Source: Bacillota bacterium
GTDB taxonomy: Bacteria > Bacillota > Dethiobacteria > DTU022
Assembly (NCBI GenBank): GCA_011389985.1
Contig: JAABTH010000001.1
Coordinates: 4,158-68,157 of the forward strand
Length of the DNA stretch: 64,000 nucleotides
Reading direction: 5' to 3'
Within the stretch, counting starts at the first letter, position 1. Every line of letters starts with the position of its first letter. The notes below the pieces were generated by a model that saw only the letters and a list, made by a program, of their open reading frames with translations, had not been told where the DNA came from and made no database searches. Shown here one piece after another: positions 17,604 through 26,982 of the stretch. Both the position numbers and the translations under genes were made by a program.

Positions 17604-18359
17604 ATGCCAAGAAACGTAAGGGTAAAAAGCAGTTCCGGTATATACCATATAATCCTCAGGGGGATCAATAAACAACGTATTTTCGAAGATGATGAAGATA
17701 GCCGTTATTTTCTGAAAAAACTAAAAACCTATAAAGAAATAAGCGAGTATGAAGTATATGCTTACTGCTTGATGAATAATCATGTTCATCTTTTGCTAAA
17801 AGAAGGTGAAGAAAGTGTAGGGACAGTATTTCGTAGGATAGGGGCAAGCTATGTCTACTGGTATAATCAGAAATATAACAGAACCGGTCATCTATTTCAG
17901 GACCGTTTTAGAAGTGAACCGGTAGAAACTGATCAGTATTTTCTTACAGTTATGAGATACATACATCAGAATCCGATTAAAGCTGGAATTGTAGAGAAGA
18001 TAGAGGACTATCTGTGGAGTAGTTACCGGGAGTATAGCCAAAAACCGGTGATATGTGATACTAAATTTGTTTTAAATATGTTCTCTAAAGTTTCGAAAGA
18101 TGCTTTAGACTTATGGGTTAAGTTTATTAATGAAAAGAACAATGACCAATGTTTGGAGTATGATGGTGGAAGATTGAATGATGATGAGGCCACAGAACTG
18201 ATTAAAACTGTTGCCAAAATAAAAACCCCTACAGATATTCAGGCTTATGAAAAGCAAAAAAGGAATATGTTAATTAAATTGCTAAAGCAAAAGGGTTTAT
18301 CTATTAGGCAAATTGAAAGATTAACCGGTATAAGCTTTGGGATTATTAGGGGAGCATAA
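17604..18359 (+). CDS. REP-associated tyrosine transposase (RAYT; IS200/IS605-like Y1 HUH transposase with C-terminal HTH)
   Basis: IYHIILRGINKQRIF...YEVYAYCLMNNHVHLLL carries the HuH motif (HVH) of Y1 transposases, and there is a C-terminal HTH (LSIRQIERLTGISFGIIRGA). Flanked by inverted REP copies D and E. Start placed at the internal ATG, because the track ORF runs through the REP. Confidence 0.75.
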   Translation: MPRNVRVKSSSGIYHIILRGINKQRIFEDDEDSRYFLKKLKTYKEISEYEVYAYCLMNNHVHLLLKEGEESVGTVFRRIGASYVYWYNQKYNRTGHLFQDRFRSEPVETDQYFLTVMRYIHQNPIKAGIVEKIEDYLWSSYREYSQKPVICDTKFVLNMFSKVSKDALDLWVKFINEKNNDQCLEYDGGRLNDDEATELIKTVAKIKTPTDIQAYEKQKRNMLIKLLKQKGLSIRQIERLTGISFGIIRGA

Positions 18360-18383
18360 ATGATGACGGTTGCATTGTATTTC

Positions 18384-18410
18384 AACACAAAAGAACCGTC
18401 CCTCTGTGTT
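18384..18410 (-). repeat. REP-like element copy E (reverse orientation: AACACAAAAGAACCGTCCCTCTGTGTT)
   Basis: 25 nt downstream of the RAYT stop. One mismatch to the reverse complement of the consensus. Confidence 0.65.
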
Positions 18411-18443
18411 CTCCCTGTAGTTTGAACGAAGGGATATTTAACA

Positions 18444-19067
18444 TTGAGCAAAAAGAATAGTAGTTTATTATTCAATTCAATAGCGCCTGTATATGGATTA
18501 TTTTATGATGCGCAGAAAAAGCGGTTTGCTGAAGTTATAGAAGGGGTAGAGAAAGAGCTGGATTTGTCATCTTTTGAAACTATCATTGATATTGGATGCG
18601 GAACAGGCGCGTTATGTTCAGTTTTAAATGATAAGGGTCTGTCAGTGACCGGTATCGACCCGGCCGATAAGATGTTAGAAATAGCCAGAAATAAACAGGA
18701 GAACAAAGATATTAGTTTTATTCAGGCCGATGTTCTTGAAGGGTTGCCTTTTGATGACAAAAGTTTTGATATTGCCATCGCCAGTTATGTGGCTCATGGA
18801 TTAAAGGCTGAGGAAAGAAAGCGAATGTATGCTGAAATGAGTCGTGTTACAAATCAGTGGGTGGTAATATATGATTATAATGATGAAAGGTCATTATTGA
18901 TTACAATTATTGAATGGTTGGAAGGCGGTGACTACTTCCACTTCATTAAATATGCCGAACCTGAAATGAGAGATTGTGTTTCAGAGATGAAAAGCTGTTT
19001 TTCGGAGGTAAAAGTAATCAATGTGGATACAAGAGCAGCCTGGTATATCTGTAAACCTTATGCGTGA
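18444..19067 (+). CDS. class I SAM-dependent methyltransferase
   Basis: Motif I IIDIGCGTGALCSVL, an acidic motif II, and a post-I D/E pattern. 207 aa. Lies between REP copies E and F. Confidence 0.75.
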   Translation: MSKKNSSLLFNSIAPVYGLFYDAQKKRFAEVIEGVEKELDLSSFETIIDIGCGTGALCSVLNDKGLSVTGIDPADKMLEIARNKQENKDISFIQADVLEGLPFDDKSFDIAIASYVAHGLKAEERKRMYAEMSRVTNQWVVIYDYNDERSLLITIIEWLEGGDYFHFIKYAEPEMRDCVSEMKSCFSEVKVINVDTRAAWYICKPYA

Positions 19068-19133
19068 TGGAATCTCAGGAAGCATAAAAGATCACAAAAT
19101 CGCCCACCTGTGCAATTTGCCCGGTGTCAATTT

Positions 19134-19160
19134 AACACAAAAGAACCGTCCCCTTGTGTT
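19134..19160 (-). repeat. REP-like element copy F (reverse orientation: AACACAAAAGAACCGTCCCCTTGTGTT)
   Basis: Followed by a partial duplicate (GCCCTTGTGTT) at ~19161-19171. Confidence 0.65.
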
Positions 19161-19198
19161 GCCCTTGTGTTATGTTTTATGAAATGAGGTCTTAGTGT

Positions 19199-20167
19199 GT
19201 GAATAAAGAATACCATATAGTACCGGCAAAGCCGGAACATCTAGCTGCATTACCCTTGATTGAATCTGCTGCTGCTGAAGTTTTTCCAGAGGGCATGATT
19301 TCTGATGATGCTAAGAATTATGTTCTGTCATTGGATGAGTTTGAAAATGCGCTGGCCAAAAATCAACTTTGGGTAGCTGCAACTTCAGATAATCAGCCTG
19401 TTGGTTTTGCTATGGCTTCTGTAAATGGCGAATCTGCAATGCTGGCAGAAATTGATGTAGATCCGGAACATCAACAGAAAGGCCTTGGCAAGACCCTGGT
19501 GCAAATTGTGCTAGAGTGGGCCCGCAGCGAAGGTATTAAGCGCATATCGCTTACCACATTTAACAATGTTCCATGGAATGCTCCTTTTTACGAAAAAATG
19601 GGTTTTCGGCGTTTGTCCCGGAATGAATTGACTGCAAACCTTGTTGCCATTTTGGACAAGGAAGATGAGCTTGGTCTTAAAGACAGGGTGGCGATGCAAA
19701 TTGAATTGTCGGCTTCTGCAATGAAAGAACAATTGATTGCCCCCTGTGGAATGAACTGTGGCCTGTGTATAGCTTACCAGGCGAACAAGTTTGATCTTGA
19801 TAAAAAGGGTTTTAGAAGAAAGTATTGTCCCGGTTGTCTGCCACGCGGCAAAAATTGCACATATATGAAAGACAAGTGCGAATTAGTCGGCAAAGGGCTG
19901 GTTCGGTTTTGTTATGAATGCAAAGATTTTCCCTGTAAACGCCTAAAAGGGCTCGATAAACGCTACAGAACCAAATATCATATGAGTATGATTGAAAACC
20001 TTAAGTGCATCAGCGAACATGGCATGAAGCTTTTCCTCGAACGAGAAGAAACGAAGTGGCGCTGCCCCAAATGTAGAGCTACTATTTGCTGCCATAACGG
20101 TCTTTGTCTAAGTTGTGATCTGCATAAATTGCGTCAGAACCGGAAATATCGCTGGGGAGAGCATTAA
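19199..20167 (+). CDS. GNAT-family N-acetyltransferase fused to a C-terminal Cys-rich DUF3795 domain
   Basis: Residues ~60-160 carry the GNAT acetyl-CoA motif (QQKGLGKTLVQIVLEWARSEG). Residues ~180-322 carry CGMNCGLC...YCPGC...C...CYEC...C...CPKC, characteristic of DUF3795. GTG start. Confidence 0.7.
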   Translation: MNKEYHIVPAKPEHLAALPLIESAAAEVFPEGMISDDAKNYVLSLDEFENALAKNQLWVAATSDNQPVGFAMASVNGESAMLAEIDVDPEHQQKGLGKTLVQIVLEWARSEGIKRISLTTFNNVPWNAPFYEKMGFRRLSRNELTANLVAILDKEDELGLKDRVAMQIELSASAMKEQLIAPCGMNCGLCIAYQANKFDLDKKGFRRKYCPGCLPRGKNCTYMKDKCELVGKGLVRFCYECKDFPCKRLKGLDKRYRTKYHMSMIENLKCISEHGMKLFLEREETKWRCPKCRATICCHNGLCLSCDLHKLRQNRKYRWGEH

Positions 20168-20300
20168 TCTGAATAGATGAGACATGCTGCTTAAGCAGAC
20201 TTGGATAAAAGGCAATCTACCGGACTGAACGGAAAAAATTAGAGGGTAGCTGCTAAAACACAAGTAGCCACCCCCTCTGACTAAAGATCCTGAAAACGCT

Positions 20301-20678
20301 CTATTCTTCGCTGTAGGAACCGGAACCGGCTTCCGATTTGTGGCTTTCAACTTTGGATAATATTTCAGGGACCATTTCAACGATTTTTTCCAGCGAACCT
20401 CTGCTGGTAAGTGGAACGACGCTTAATTCATCATTTTTAATTACCAGGATGGCATTGGGAGCAATTTTACATCCCGCACCACCACCACCGCCGCTTCCAT
20501 CGTTACCTTTATTATCTTTGCCCGATCCTTCTCCTCCGCCAACACCAAAGCTCACTGTGATTATCGGAACCATGGTGATACTGCCTACCTGAAAAGGTTC
20601 TCCTATTACAGTTTCCGTGCGGATAAACTTTTCCAGTTTATCAAAGAGAGTGTTAAATACTTCGCTGCCACTGGTCAT
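20301..20678 (-). CDS. ytfJ: sporulation protein YtfJ / GerW family
   Basis: VGSITMVPIITVSFGVGGGEGSG...GGGGGAG gly-rich core typical of GerW/YtfJ. Perfect RBS AAAGGAGG. Confidence 0.8.
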   Translation of the reverse strand: MTSGSEVFNTLFDKLEKFIRTETVIGEPFQVGSITMVPIITVSFGVGGGEGSGKDNKGNDGSGGGGGAGCKIAPNAILVIKNDELSVVPLTSRGSLEKIVEMVPEILSKVESHKSEAGSGSYSEE

Positions 20679-20767
20679 GCTTTCTTCCTCCTTTTTACTT
20701 TCTAATCATTAATACAGGATTATTTAACGAAAGTTGCATCACATAAAAATTATATCTCTGGCAAATA

Positions 20768-21439
20768 TCAGGCAGTCGATGTTGCCTTGTTATTTTCAAC
20801 TTTGCTGAACAGCGGCCTGATCCGGTTTATAAATAAGAACCAGCCTATTTTTATAAGAATGAGACCTAACCTGATTTTTCCTCTAATCATTGTTTCAAAT
20901 TCATAATATTCTTCTCCCCAGACTGGTTCAATATCAATAAAAGTATTCTTGCAGCAATTGCTAAGTGTGTTGGTTATGGCTGCCAGCCAACCGGTTTGGT
21001 GTGGTTCTTCAAAGCCGATTTTGCCCTTAATGGTAAGCAGATCTGGTTCCAGGATTTTTGATAGATCTTTAATTAAAGCTATTCCTCTAAGCTTAAAATC
21101 TGTGTCAATGACTGGTAAGAGCGAGAGGAAATTCTTTTTTTTACTCTCTTTTTTTTCTTTATCTAACTTATTTTTTTTGCCTGATTTTTTAGGGTTAAAT
21201 TTCAAAGGTATACCGAAAAGAATTAATCTGGCTTGTAACTCTGTGCTTTCATGTTTATCCCAGGTTCCATTTAATATGAAGGCAGGAGAGCATCTCAAAT
21301 TAAAATTAATCCAGGGGCGATTTTCATAACCACCTTTAAGATTGTATCTAAAAGGAACCAGCAAAACAAAGATTACGATAATAATAATCAGTACTAAAAT
21401 GATGCCAAGTATATTGAGCAGAATAAAGATTAAGTTCAA
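20768..21439 (-). CDS. ytfI: DUF2953-family sporulation membrane protein (YtfI-like)
   Basis: N-terminal TM helix followed by a Lys-rich linker. Gene order with ytfJ matches the B. subtilis ytfI-ytfJ pair. Confidence 0.6.
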   Translation of the reverse strand: MNLIFILLNILGIILVLIIIIVIFVLLVPFRYNLKGGYENRPWINFNLRCSPAFILNGTWDKHESTELQARLILFGIPLKFNPKKSGKKNKLDKEKKESKKKNFLSLLPVIDTDFKLRGIALIKDLSKILEPDLLTIKGKIGFEEPHQTGWLAAITNTLSNCCKNTFIDIEPVWGEEYYEFETMIRGKIRLGLILIKIGWFLFINRIRPLFSKVENNKATSTA

Positions 21440-21455
21440 AATGATTTACTCTCCT

Positions 21456-21905
21456 TTAGGCCTGGCCCGGGATAAACTTTGAAAGCAAAGGGTTTCTTTT
21501 TCTTAAACTATTTCCGGCCGCCCTGGTAATAGTAGAAACGGTCTTTTTTACAGAACGGGTAACAGTGTGGTTGACCGGGTTATATGAAATAAAGCTAAAA
21601 GTGTGTTGTAAAATATGTTTCTGTAAGCGCCATGCCTCATTAAGAGGAACGCTATTTTCAGCGGTTTTAACGCTGGCCAGGTGTGTTTTTATCGCAACCA
21701 TGCGAGAAGATTCCAGCTCTGGCGGTATATCAACAGTCGGCTGATGTTTCAGATCCCAATCCATCAATTTAAGCTGATTCAGGAAACGGCGGCAAGACGG
21801 GCAGGTTGTCAAATGTTCTTCAAGAATGATCATATTCAGAAACTCAAGTTCCCCGTCTATGTATTGCTGAAATAAATCATGAAAATTTTCATGCATCGGT
21901 TTCAT
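21456..21905 (-). CDS. anti-sigma factor (zf-HC2 / ZAS-type)
   Basis: EEHLTTCPSCRRF is the HxxxCxxC zinc-binding anti-sigma motif. Its start overlaps the stop of the upstream ECF sigma gene (ATGA). Confidence 0.6.
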   Translation of the reverse strand: MKPMHENFHDLFQQYIDGELEFLNMIILEEHLTTCPSCRRFLNQLKLMDWDLKHQPTVDIPPELESSRMVAIKTHLASVKTAENSVPLNEAWRLQKHILQHTFSFISYNPVNHTVTRSVKKTVSTITRAAGNSLRKRNPLLSKFIPGQA

Positions 21906-22534
21906 ACCTCCAATAGCTCACATGCCTGCATTTTATTGCGTAAAATTTTTCTCGCCCGGTAAACATTACTCTTTACCGTCCCTAGCGGCTGCTGCAGTGC
22001 GGAAGCAATTTCGTCATAACTCATATCTTCATGATAGCGTAAGGTCAATGCCAGCCTGAATGTTTCCGGCAGTTCGGCAATCATCTTTTCAATTATTTTA
22101 CGGGTGTCATTGTAGATTACCTGTTCTTCAGTATTAGCCGTGGCTGTCAGGTATGATTCAGGGGTTATTGTATTTTCTTCCGACCAGTTGCCATCAAGAG
22201 ATGTTTCCGGTAAGCCTGTTTTTTTACTGTGATTGATCATTGTATTAATCGCTATTGTCTTCAGCCAGGGCTGAAGAGGCCTGGTTTCGTCAAAAGTATT
22301 TAAACCGCGAAATATTTTGACATAAACCTCCTGCATCATATCAAGAGCTTCTTCTTTGTTTCGGGTGTAGTTATAGCAAATACGATAAAGATATGCTTCG
22401 TGTCGGCTGATCAACTGGTTGTATGCATATTCATCATTATTTTTACAGCGTTTAATCAGATTGGCCTCGACTGCATTAACCAGTTTGTCCGCCTCCAAAG
22501 AGTGAAAATATCCCTTATGGTTAATATACTCCAA
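21902..22534 (-). CDS. RNA polymerase ECF sigma factor (sigma-70 family, group 4)
   Basis: sigma-70 region 2 (EEALDMMQEVYVKIFRGLNTF) and region 4 HTH (MSYDEIASALQQPLGTVKSNVYRARKIL). Confidence 0.85.
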   Translation of the reverse strand: MEYINHKGYFHSLEADKLVNAVEANLIKRCKNNDEYAYNQLISRHEAYLYRICYNYTRNKEEALDMMQEVYVKIFRGLNTFDETRPLQPWLKTIAINTMINHSKKTGLPETSLDGNWSEENTITPESYLTATANTEEQVIYNDTRKIIEKMIAELPETFRLALTLRYHEDMSYDEIASALQQPLGTVKSNVYRARKILRNKMQACELLEV

Positions 22535-22649
22535 AAATCAGAAATAGTTGCAGCTTAAAGGTGAAAATTTTATATCTTTGTTTTAAAGTGAAGAGCTTTA
22601 TCAAATAGCTTCGCACAGGATCTAAGAAAAGGTTGATAGCTATTGAACG

Positions 22650-23714
22650 GTGGAAGATATGGCTAATTGTATCATAGCGCATTTAAACGATGGAATGTTT
22701 ATGGAAGAACAGCTCCTGTCAGCTGGGGCTGTTAAAATTATGCAGCATCGGCAATTTTCTCACCATGAAGCGCTGCCGGGCTGGGCTTACGGTTTTTATG
22801 AAAAATATCTAAACGGGCATCGTATTATCATGCATGGAGGGGCGAATCGCCTGGGCCATTCAAGCAAGCTTTTTATTATGCCTGATGAACAACTTGGGTT
22901 TTTCTTTGCATCAAATGTATTTAATCCGCAGGTTCGGGACAGGTTGACCTCAGAGTTTATGAATCACTTTTTTCCTCCAGCAGCGGAAACTGTAGCTCCG
23001 GTGAGCATAGCTGTTGATCCTGAGCACGACAAACAATATGCCGGTTACTACTACTCTACAAGGCGGGCCAGAAATTCTGTTGAAAAGATTATGCTGCTTC
23101 TCGGACAGTTAAAGGTTGAAGTAGATGACGATAAATTGCAGGTTATATATCCTCAGGGTTCTTTAGTACCGGATGAAAACTGGGTTAAGATTAAACCAGG
23201 TTTGTTTCAGAATAAAACCGGCGATACCTTGATGGCTTTCAGGGAAGATGAAGCAGGCAATGTAACGCACATGTTTATCGGAACAGAGGCTTATGAAAGA
23301 CTGCCCTGGCATGCAATTCCCGTTGTTCATGCTGGATATTTCGCAATAACGGTTATCCTTATATTATCAATATTTTTCAGACGGCCGATTACGCAATCCA
23401 GATTAATGAAGAGAAGTGTATTGGCTGCGCGTTTGTTAGCAGGCATAAATATAGCATTTCTGGCCGGAGTGATTATCATATTCTTAAACTACCAGGTTGA
23501 GCTGGCCTACGGCATGCCTGCTCCCGCAAAAGCTTTATTTTTTGTTCCTTTTGTTTCCATAGTTCTGACTGCACCTGTACTTTATTATTGCCTGATAGCC
23601 TGGCTTGATAAGCAGAAGAGCTTTGCTTACCCTTTATACTATACTTTTTTCAGCATTGGCGCAGTTGGCTTTTTACTCTTTCTTAAATACTGGAATCTGA
23701 TCGGCATAAATTAA
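22650..23714 (+). pseudogene. 5'-truncated serine hydrolase (beta-lactamase/PBP-like family) remnant retaining only the C-terminal part of the catalytic domain plus a C-terminal polytopic membrane extension
   Basis: The ORF begins inside the conserved region (ANCIIAHLNDG...GWAYGFYEKYLNGHRIIMHGGANRLGHSSKLFIMPDEQLGFFFASNVF). The ~230 N-terminal residues carrying the SxxK and YxN motifs are absent. An in-frame stop lies 6 nt upstream, and only 115 nt separate it from the divergent sigma gene. Confidence 0.55.
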
Positions 23715-23717
23715 AGG

Positions 23718-24143
23718 TTAATATTCAATTACAGGTATTTCAGTTTCAGCCCCTGCAGCAACAAATTTAACAGGAAGGCCGGGATCATCAAGCATGGCCA
23801 GGTCATAAGGGTAGGTAAGGGCTTGACTTACAAAGTCATCTTCACCGGGTTCGGTAAAATAGGCAGTTACAATCAGTTTTCCCTCTTCTTCTTTAATCTC
23901 AGTTATTTCAACTTCATAGCCTCCGGTTGGTTTCTCGCCGTAAGTAACGAGCAGGTATAAGATATCTTCATGTATGAAGGTCTGGCCTCCGAAACTATCA
24001 ATAGCTGCATCTATCCTGGCTTGAACTTCGGCTGGTAGCTCATCTGTTAGGGTTACCTCTTCAGGTTCGTCTGGCCCTCCACATGCAAAAACAAACAACA
24101 TGGTAACAGTCAAAATCATAAAAAATACAGTTTTTCTGATCAT
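23718..24143 (-). CDS. PrcB_C-domain lipoprotein (protease-complex subunit PrcB family)
   Basis: Signal peptide with lipobox VFACGG. YLLVTYGEKPTGGYEVEITEIKEEEGKLIV matches the PrcB C-terminal domain. Confidence 0.55.
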   Translation of the reverse strand: MIRKTVFFMILTVTMLFVFACGGPDEPEEVTLTDELPAEVQARIDAAIDSFGGQTFIHEDILYLLVTYGEKPTGGYEVEITEIKEEEGKLIVTAYFTEPGEDDFVSQALTYPYDLAMLDDPGLPVKFVAAGAETEIPVIEY

Positions 24144-24490
24144 TTTCTTACCCCCTATAGTATTTCCAACTGCACTAAATTTGATTCTGTAATAGAGACA
24201 AACAGTTAGGGTTATTAGTTCAATTCAGATTCCTTTTTAGCTGCAGTTTCAGTTAGGCATTCTCCTGGATTCAACATTCACATAAAGATTGCTGAAGTTT
24301 AGCATTTTAAAAGCCATATTTGAAGCCATGCAAGCTGCGATTCAGCGCAAACCCATTAATAAAATCATTGATATTTATATCATTTACTGGAAATGAAAAT
24401 TAATCAGATGTAGAATAAACTTGGCTATATGTACTAAAGCCTATGTTGCAGCACAACCGAGATCATCTCTACGCAGAGGAGAACCTAAAA

Positions 24491-24706
24491 ATGAATAAGA
24501 CAACAGTGGGTATGGCGGCAGCAGCTTTAATATTAATTGTAATAGCTTTTATTCAGGGCGGCTTCTCAATGGTTAGCAGAGGCTTTATTATAGCCGGTGA
24601 AAAATTTATCGGGATCTTTCTTATTCTGATAATTGCTTTTATAGTGGCCGGTTTTGTTTCAATACTGGTTCCTCAGAAATTAGTATCAAGGTGGCTGGGA
24701 AAATAA
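24491..24706 (+). CDS. small two-TM membrane protein (hypothetical)
   Basis: MNKTTVGMAAAALILIVIAFIQ... with a GAGGAGAA RBS. Confidence 0.35.
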   Translation: MNKTTVGMAAAALILIVIAFIQGGFSMVSRGFIIAGEKFIGIFLILIIAFIVAGFVSILVPQKLVSRWLGK

Positions 24707-24745
24707 TATACGCAGTATTTTCAGAGAGAGGCAGGTTGATGTAAT

Positions 24746-26152
24746 TTGACTGTGACAATTGATCAGGCTGAAATAATTGTAATTGGTTCGGGGTTTGCCG
24801 GTCTTGCCGCTGCTATTGAGGCTGCAGAAGCAGGCAGGTCGGTTATTGTTTTGGAGAAAATGATGGCTTTCGGGGGCAACTCGGCCATCAGCGATGGTGG
24901 AATTGCTGCTCCTGAAACAGATTATCAAGCTAATGCCGGTATAGTTGATTCTCCCGACTTAATGTATAGTGATATGCTGGCTGCCGGGGAAGGGTTAAAT
25001 TATCCTGAGCTGGCCAGAGTTGTAGCAGATAATGCTAAAGATGCATTTTTGTGGTCCAGAGACAGTCTTGGAGTTAAATATATGAATAGGGTAGATATAT
25101 TTGGCGGTCATTCAGTGCCGAGATGTTATACCCCGGAATTGATATCAGGATTATCGCTGATTAAGAATCAGCTTGCCCGGCTTTCAGAACTGAAGGTAAC
25201 TCTTTACCTTGGAGCTTTTGTTTATAAATTGCTTCAGGATAGTAAAAATAATTTGACCGGTGTGCAAATTATCGACAATTATCGGTTCAACAAATCTAAT
25301 GCAGGCAGTTGTAAAAATATCAGAGCAACAAAGGCAATAATTATTTCTTCAGGTGGTTTCGGCAGTGATGTTTCATTCAGGCAAGCACAGGATCCCCGTC
25401 TGGGTGATTTTGTTCAGAGTACAAACAAGTTATTTGCCACAGCCGAAGTTCTTAAAGAATGCCTGAGAATTGGCGCTAATCCTGTGCAGCTATCGAGAAT
25501 TCAGCTGGGCCCCTGGGCCTCTCCTGACGAAAAAGGTTTTGGGGCAGGCCCTTTATTCGGAGATTATGTAGTGATGCCTTACGGCATAATAATCGATCCG
25601 GCTACCGGAAATCGATTTGTTAATGAGCTCTGTGATCGTCGGAAACTGGCAGATGCCTTGCTCAGCAGGGAGAAACCTGTTGTCGGTATAGCTGATTCTG
25701 CCGGGGTAGAGGTTGCCGGTTGGGATTTAACAAGGCCATTGAAAAAAGGGGTTGTGAAAACTTATCAAACACTCGATGATCTCGCCCGGAACTATCAGAT
25801 TAACCCGGCCATGTTGAAGGAATCGGTTGCAACTTATAATGATGCTGTTAATAAAGGTTTTGACAGTTATTATCATAAGCAGATTCTTAAGGAGGCAAAA
25901 CCTTTGGAAAAAGCTCCTTATTATGCTATGCGAATGTGGCCAAAGGTTCACTATACTATGGGTGGCATCCAAATTGATACAACGGCGCGGGTAATAGACC
26001 GGGAGATGCACCCTATTAAAGGTTTGTTCGCAGCTGGTGAAGTAACCGGTGGCATTCACGGAGCCAGCCGGCTGGGCAGCTGTGCAATTACTGAATGCCT
26101 TGTATTTGGAAGAATAGCTGGAAGAGCAGCAGCAGAGGATGTGAGCTTCTAA
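24746..26152 (+). CDS. FAD-dependent oxidoreductase of the fumarate reductase / flavocytochrome c flavoprotein (FAD_binding_2) family
   Basis: N-terminal Rossmann IVIGSGFAGLAAAIEAAEAG, and C-terminal GLFAAGEVTGGIHGASRLGS, typical of the soluble fumarate/urocanate reductase-type flavoproteins. No heme or FMN-binding domain present. Confidence 0.8.
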   Translation: MTVTIDQAEIIVIGSGFAGLAAAIEAAEAGRSVIVLEKMMAFGGNSAISDGGIAAPETDYQANAGIVDSPDLMYSDMLAAGEGLNYPELARVVADNAKDAFLWSRDSLGVKYMNRVDIFGGHSVPRCYTPELISGLSLIKNQLARLSELKVTLYLGAFVYKLLQDSKNNLTGVQIIDNYRFNKSNAGSCKNIRATKAIIISSGGFGSDVSFRQAQDPRLGDFVQSTNKLFATAEVLKECLRIGANPVQLSRIQLGPWASPDEKGFGAGPLFGDYVVMPYGIIIDPATGNRFVNELCDRRKLADALLSREKPVVGIADSAGVEVAGWDLTRPLKKGVVKTYQTLDDLARNYQINPAMLKESVATYNDAVNKGFDSYYHKQILKEAKPLEKAPYYAMRMWPKVHYTMGGIQIDTTARVIDREMHPIKGLFAAGEVTGGIHGASRLGSCAITECLVFGRIAGRAAAEDVSF

Positions 26153-26228
26153 CAGTAGATTATTCTTCATCCGCTCTGGTTGAATTTGTTTCAATAATAC
26201 TCAGGAAAGAAGGAGGTTTTAAAACAAA

Positions 26229-26891
26229 ATGCAAGCTTTAAATAATATCATCACTAGGCGCAGTTATCGCGTATTCAAAGATGATCCTATCTTAAAATCT
26301 GATCTGAATAAAATCATTGAGGTTGCAAGCAACAGCCCGTCTTATACCAATACCCAGCCCTGGGAATTGGCTGTTGTTACCGGCAAAAATAAGGATAAAC
26401 TTACCGGAGAGTTGCTGGAGTTGGCGAAAATGAATGCGCCAACCAGCCCAGATATCCCCAAACCGGAAAGCTGGCCGTCTGTTCTGGAAGCACGATCAAG
26501 GGAACATGGAAAACGTAGGCTTGAAATCCTGGGAATAGAAAGATCTGATAAAGAAGGCAGGGAAAAGTTGAGATTGATGAATTACGAATTTTATGGTGCC
26601 CCATGTGCGCTGTTTTTCTTTATGGATGGTTCCCTGGGAGAATGGTCGGTTTACGACATGGGTCTGTTCACTCAAAACCTGATTTTGGCTGCTCACTCTC
26701 TTGGAATTGGAAGCTGCATTCAGGCTTCAGTTGTCGATTATGCAAAAGAAATCAAGAGATTCCTTAATATATCTGAGTCCAGTAAACTACTCGCTTGTGT
26801 ATCAATGGGCTATCCTGATCCTGATGCTAAACTGAATTTATATCGCAGCATCAAGAAAAAACCAGAGCAGTTTGTACAATGGTATGAGTAA
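26229..26891 (+). CDS. nitroreductase-family protein (FMN-dependent)
   Basis: IITRRSYRVFKDDPI...NTQPWELAVV is the N-terminal nitroreductase signature. GGAGG RBS. Confidence 0.8.
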   Translation: MQALNNIITRRSYRVFKDDPILKSDLNKIIEVASNSPSYTNTQPWELAVVTGKNKDKLTGELLELAKMNAPTSPDIPKPESWPSVLEARSREHGKRRLEILGIERSDKEGREKLRLMNYEFYGAPCALFFFMDGSLGEWSVYDMGLFTQNLILAAHSLGIGSCIQASVVDYAKEIKRFLNISESSKLLACVSMGYPDPDAKLNLYRSIKKKPEQFVQWYE

Positions 26892-26982
26892 TGTAAACAC
26901 AGTCTTCCGGGGTATATTTTATAGAAGGTAAAATAAAATCATTGAGAGCCTTATGAAATATTTATATTAGTTAAGGAATAAG

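Larger units (their letters stand above)
17534..18410 (+). mobile_element. RAYT gene bracketed by inverted REP copies (REP - RAYT - REP unit)
   Basis: REP D (plus orientation, 17534-17560) and REP E (minus orientation, 18384-18410) flank the Y1 transposase gene in inverted orientation, as described for REP/RAYT systems. Confidence 0.5.

Noticed and set aside
20338-20592. Pro-rich 84-aa plus-strand ORF
   Set aside because: Antisense reading of the Gly-rich region of ytfJ/gerW.
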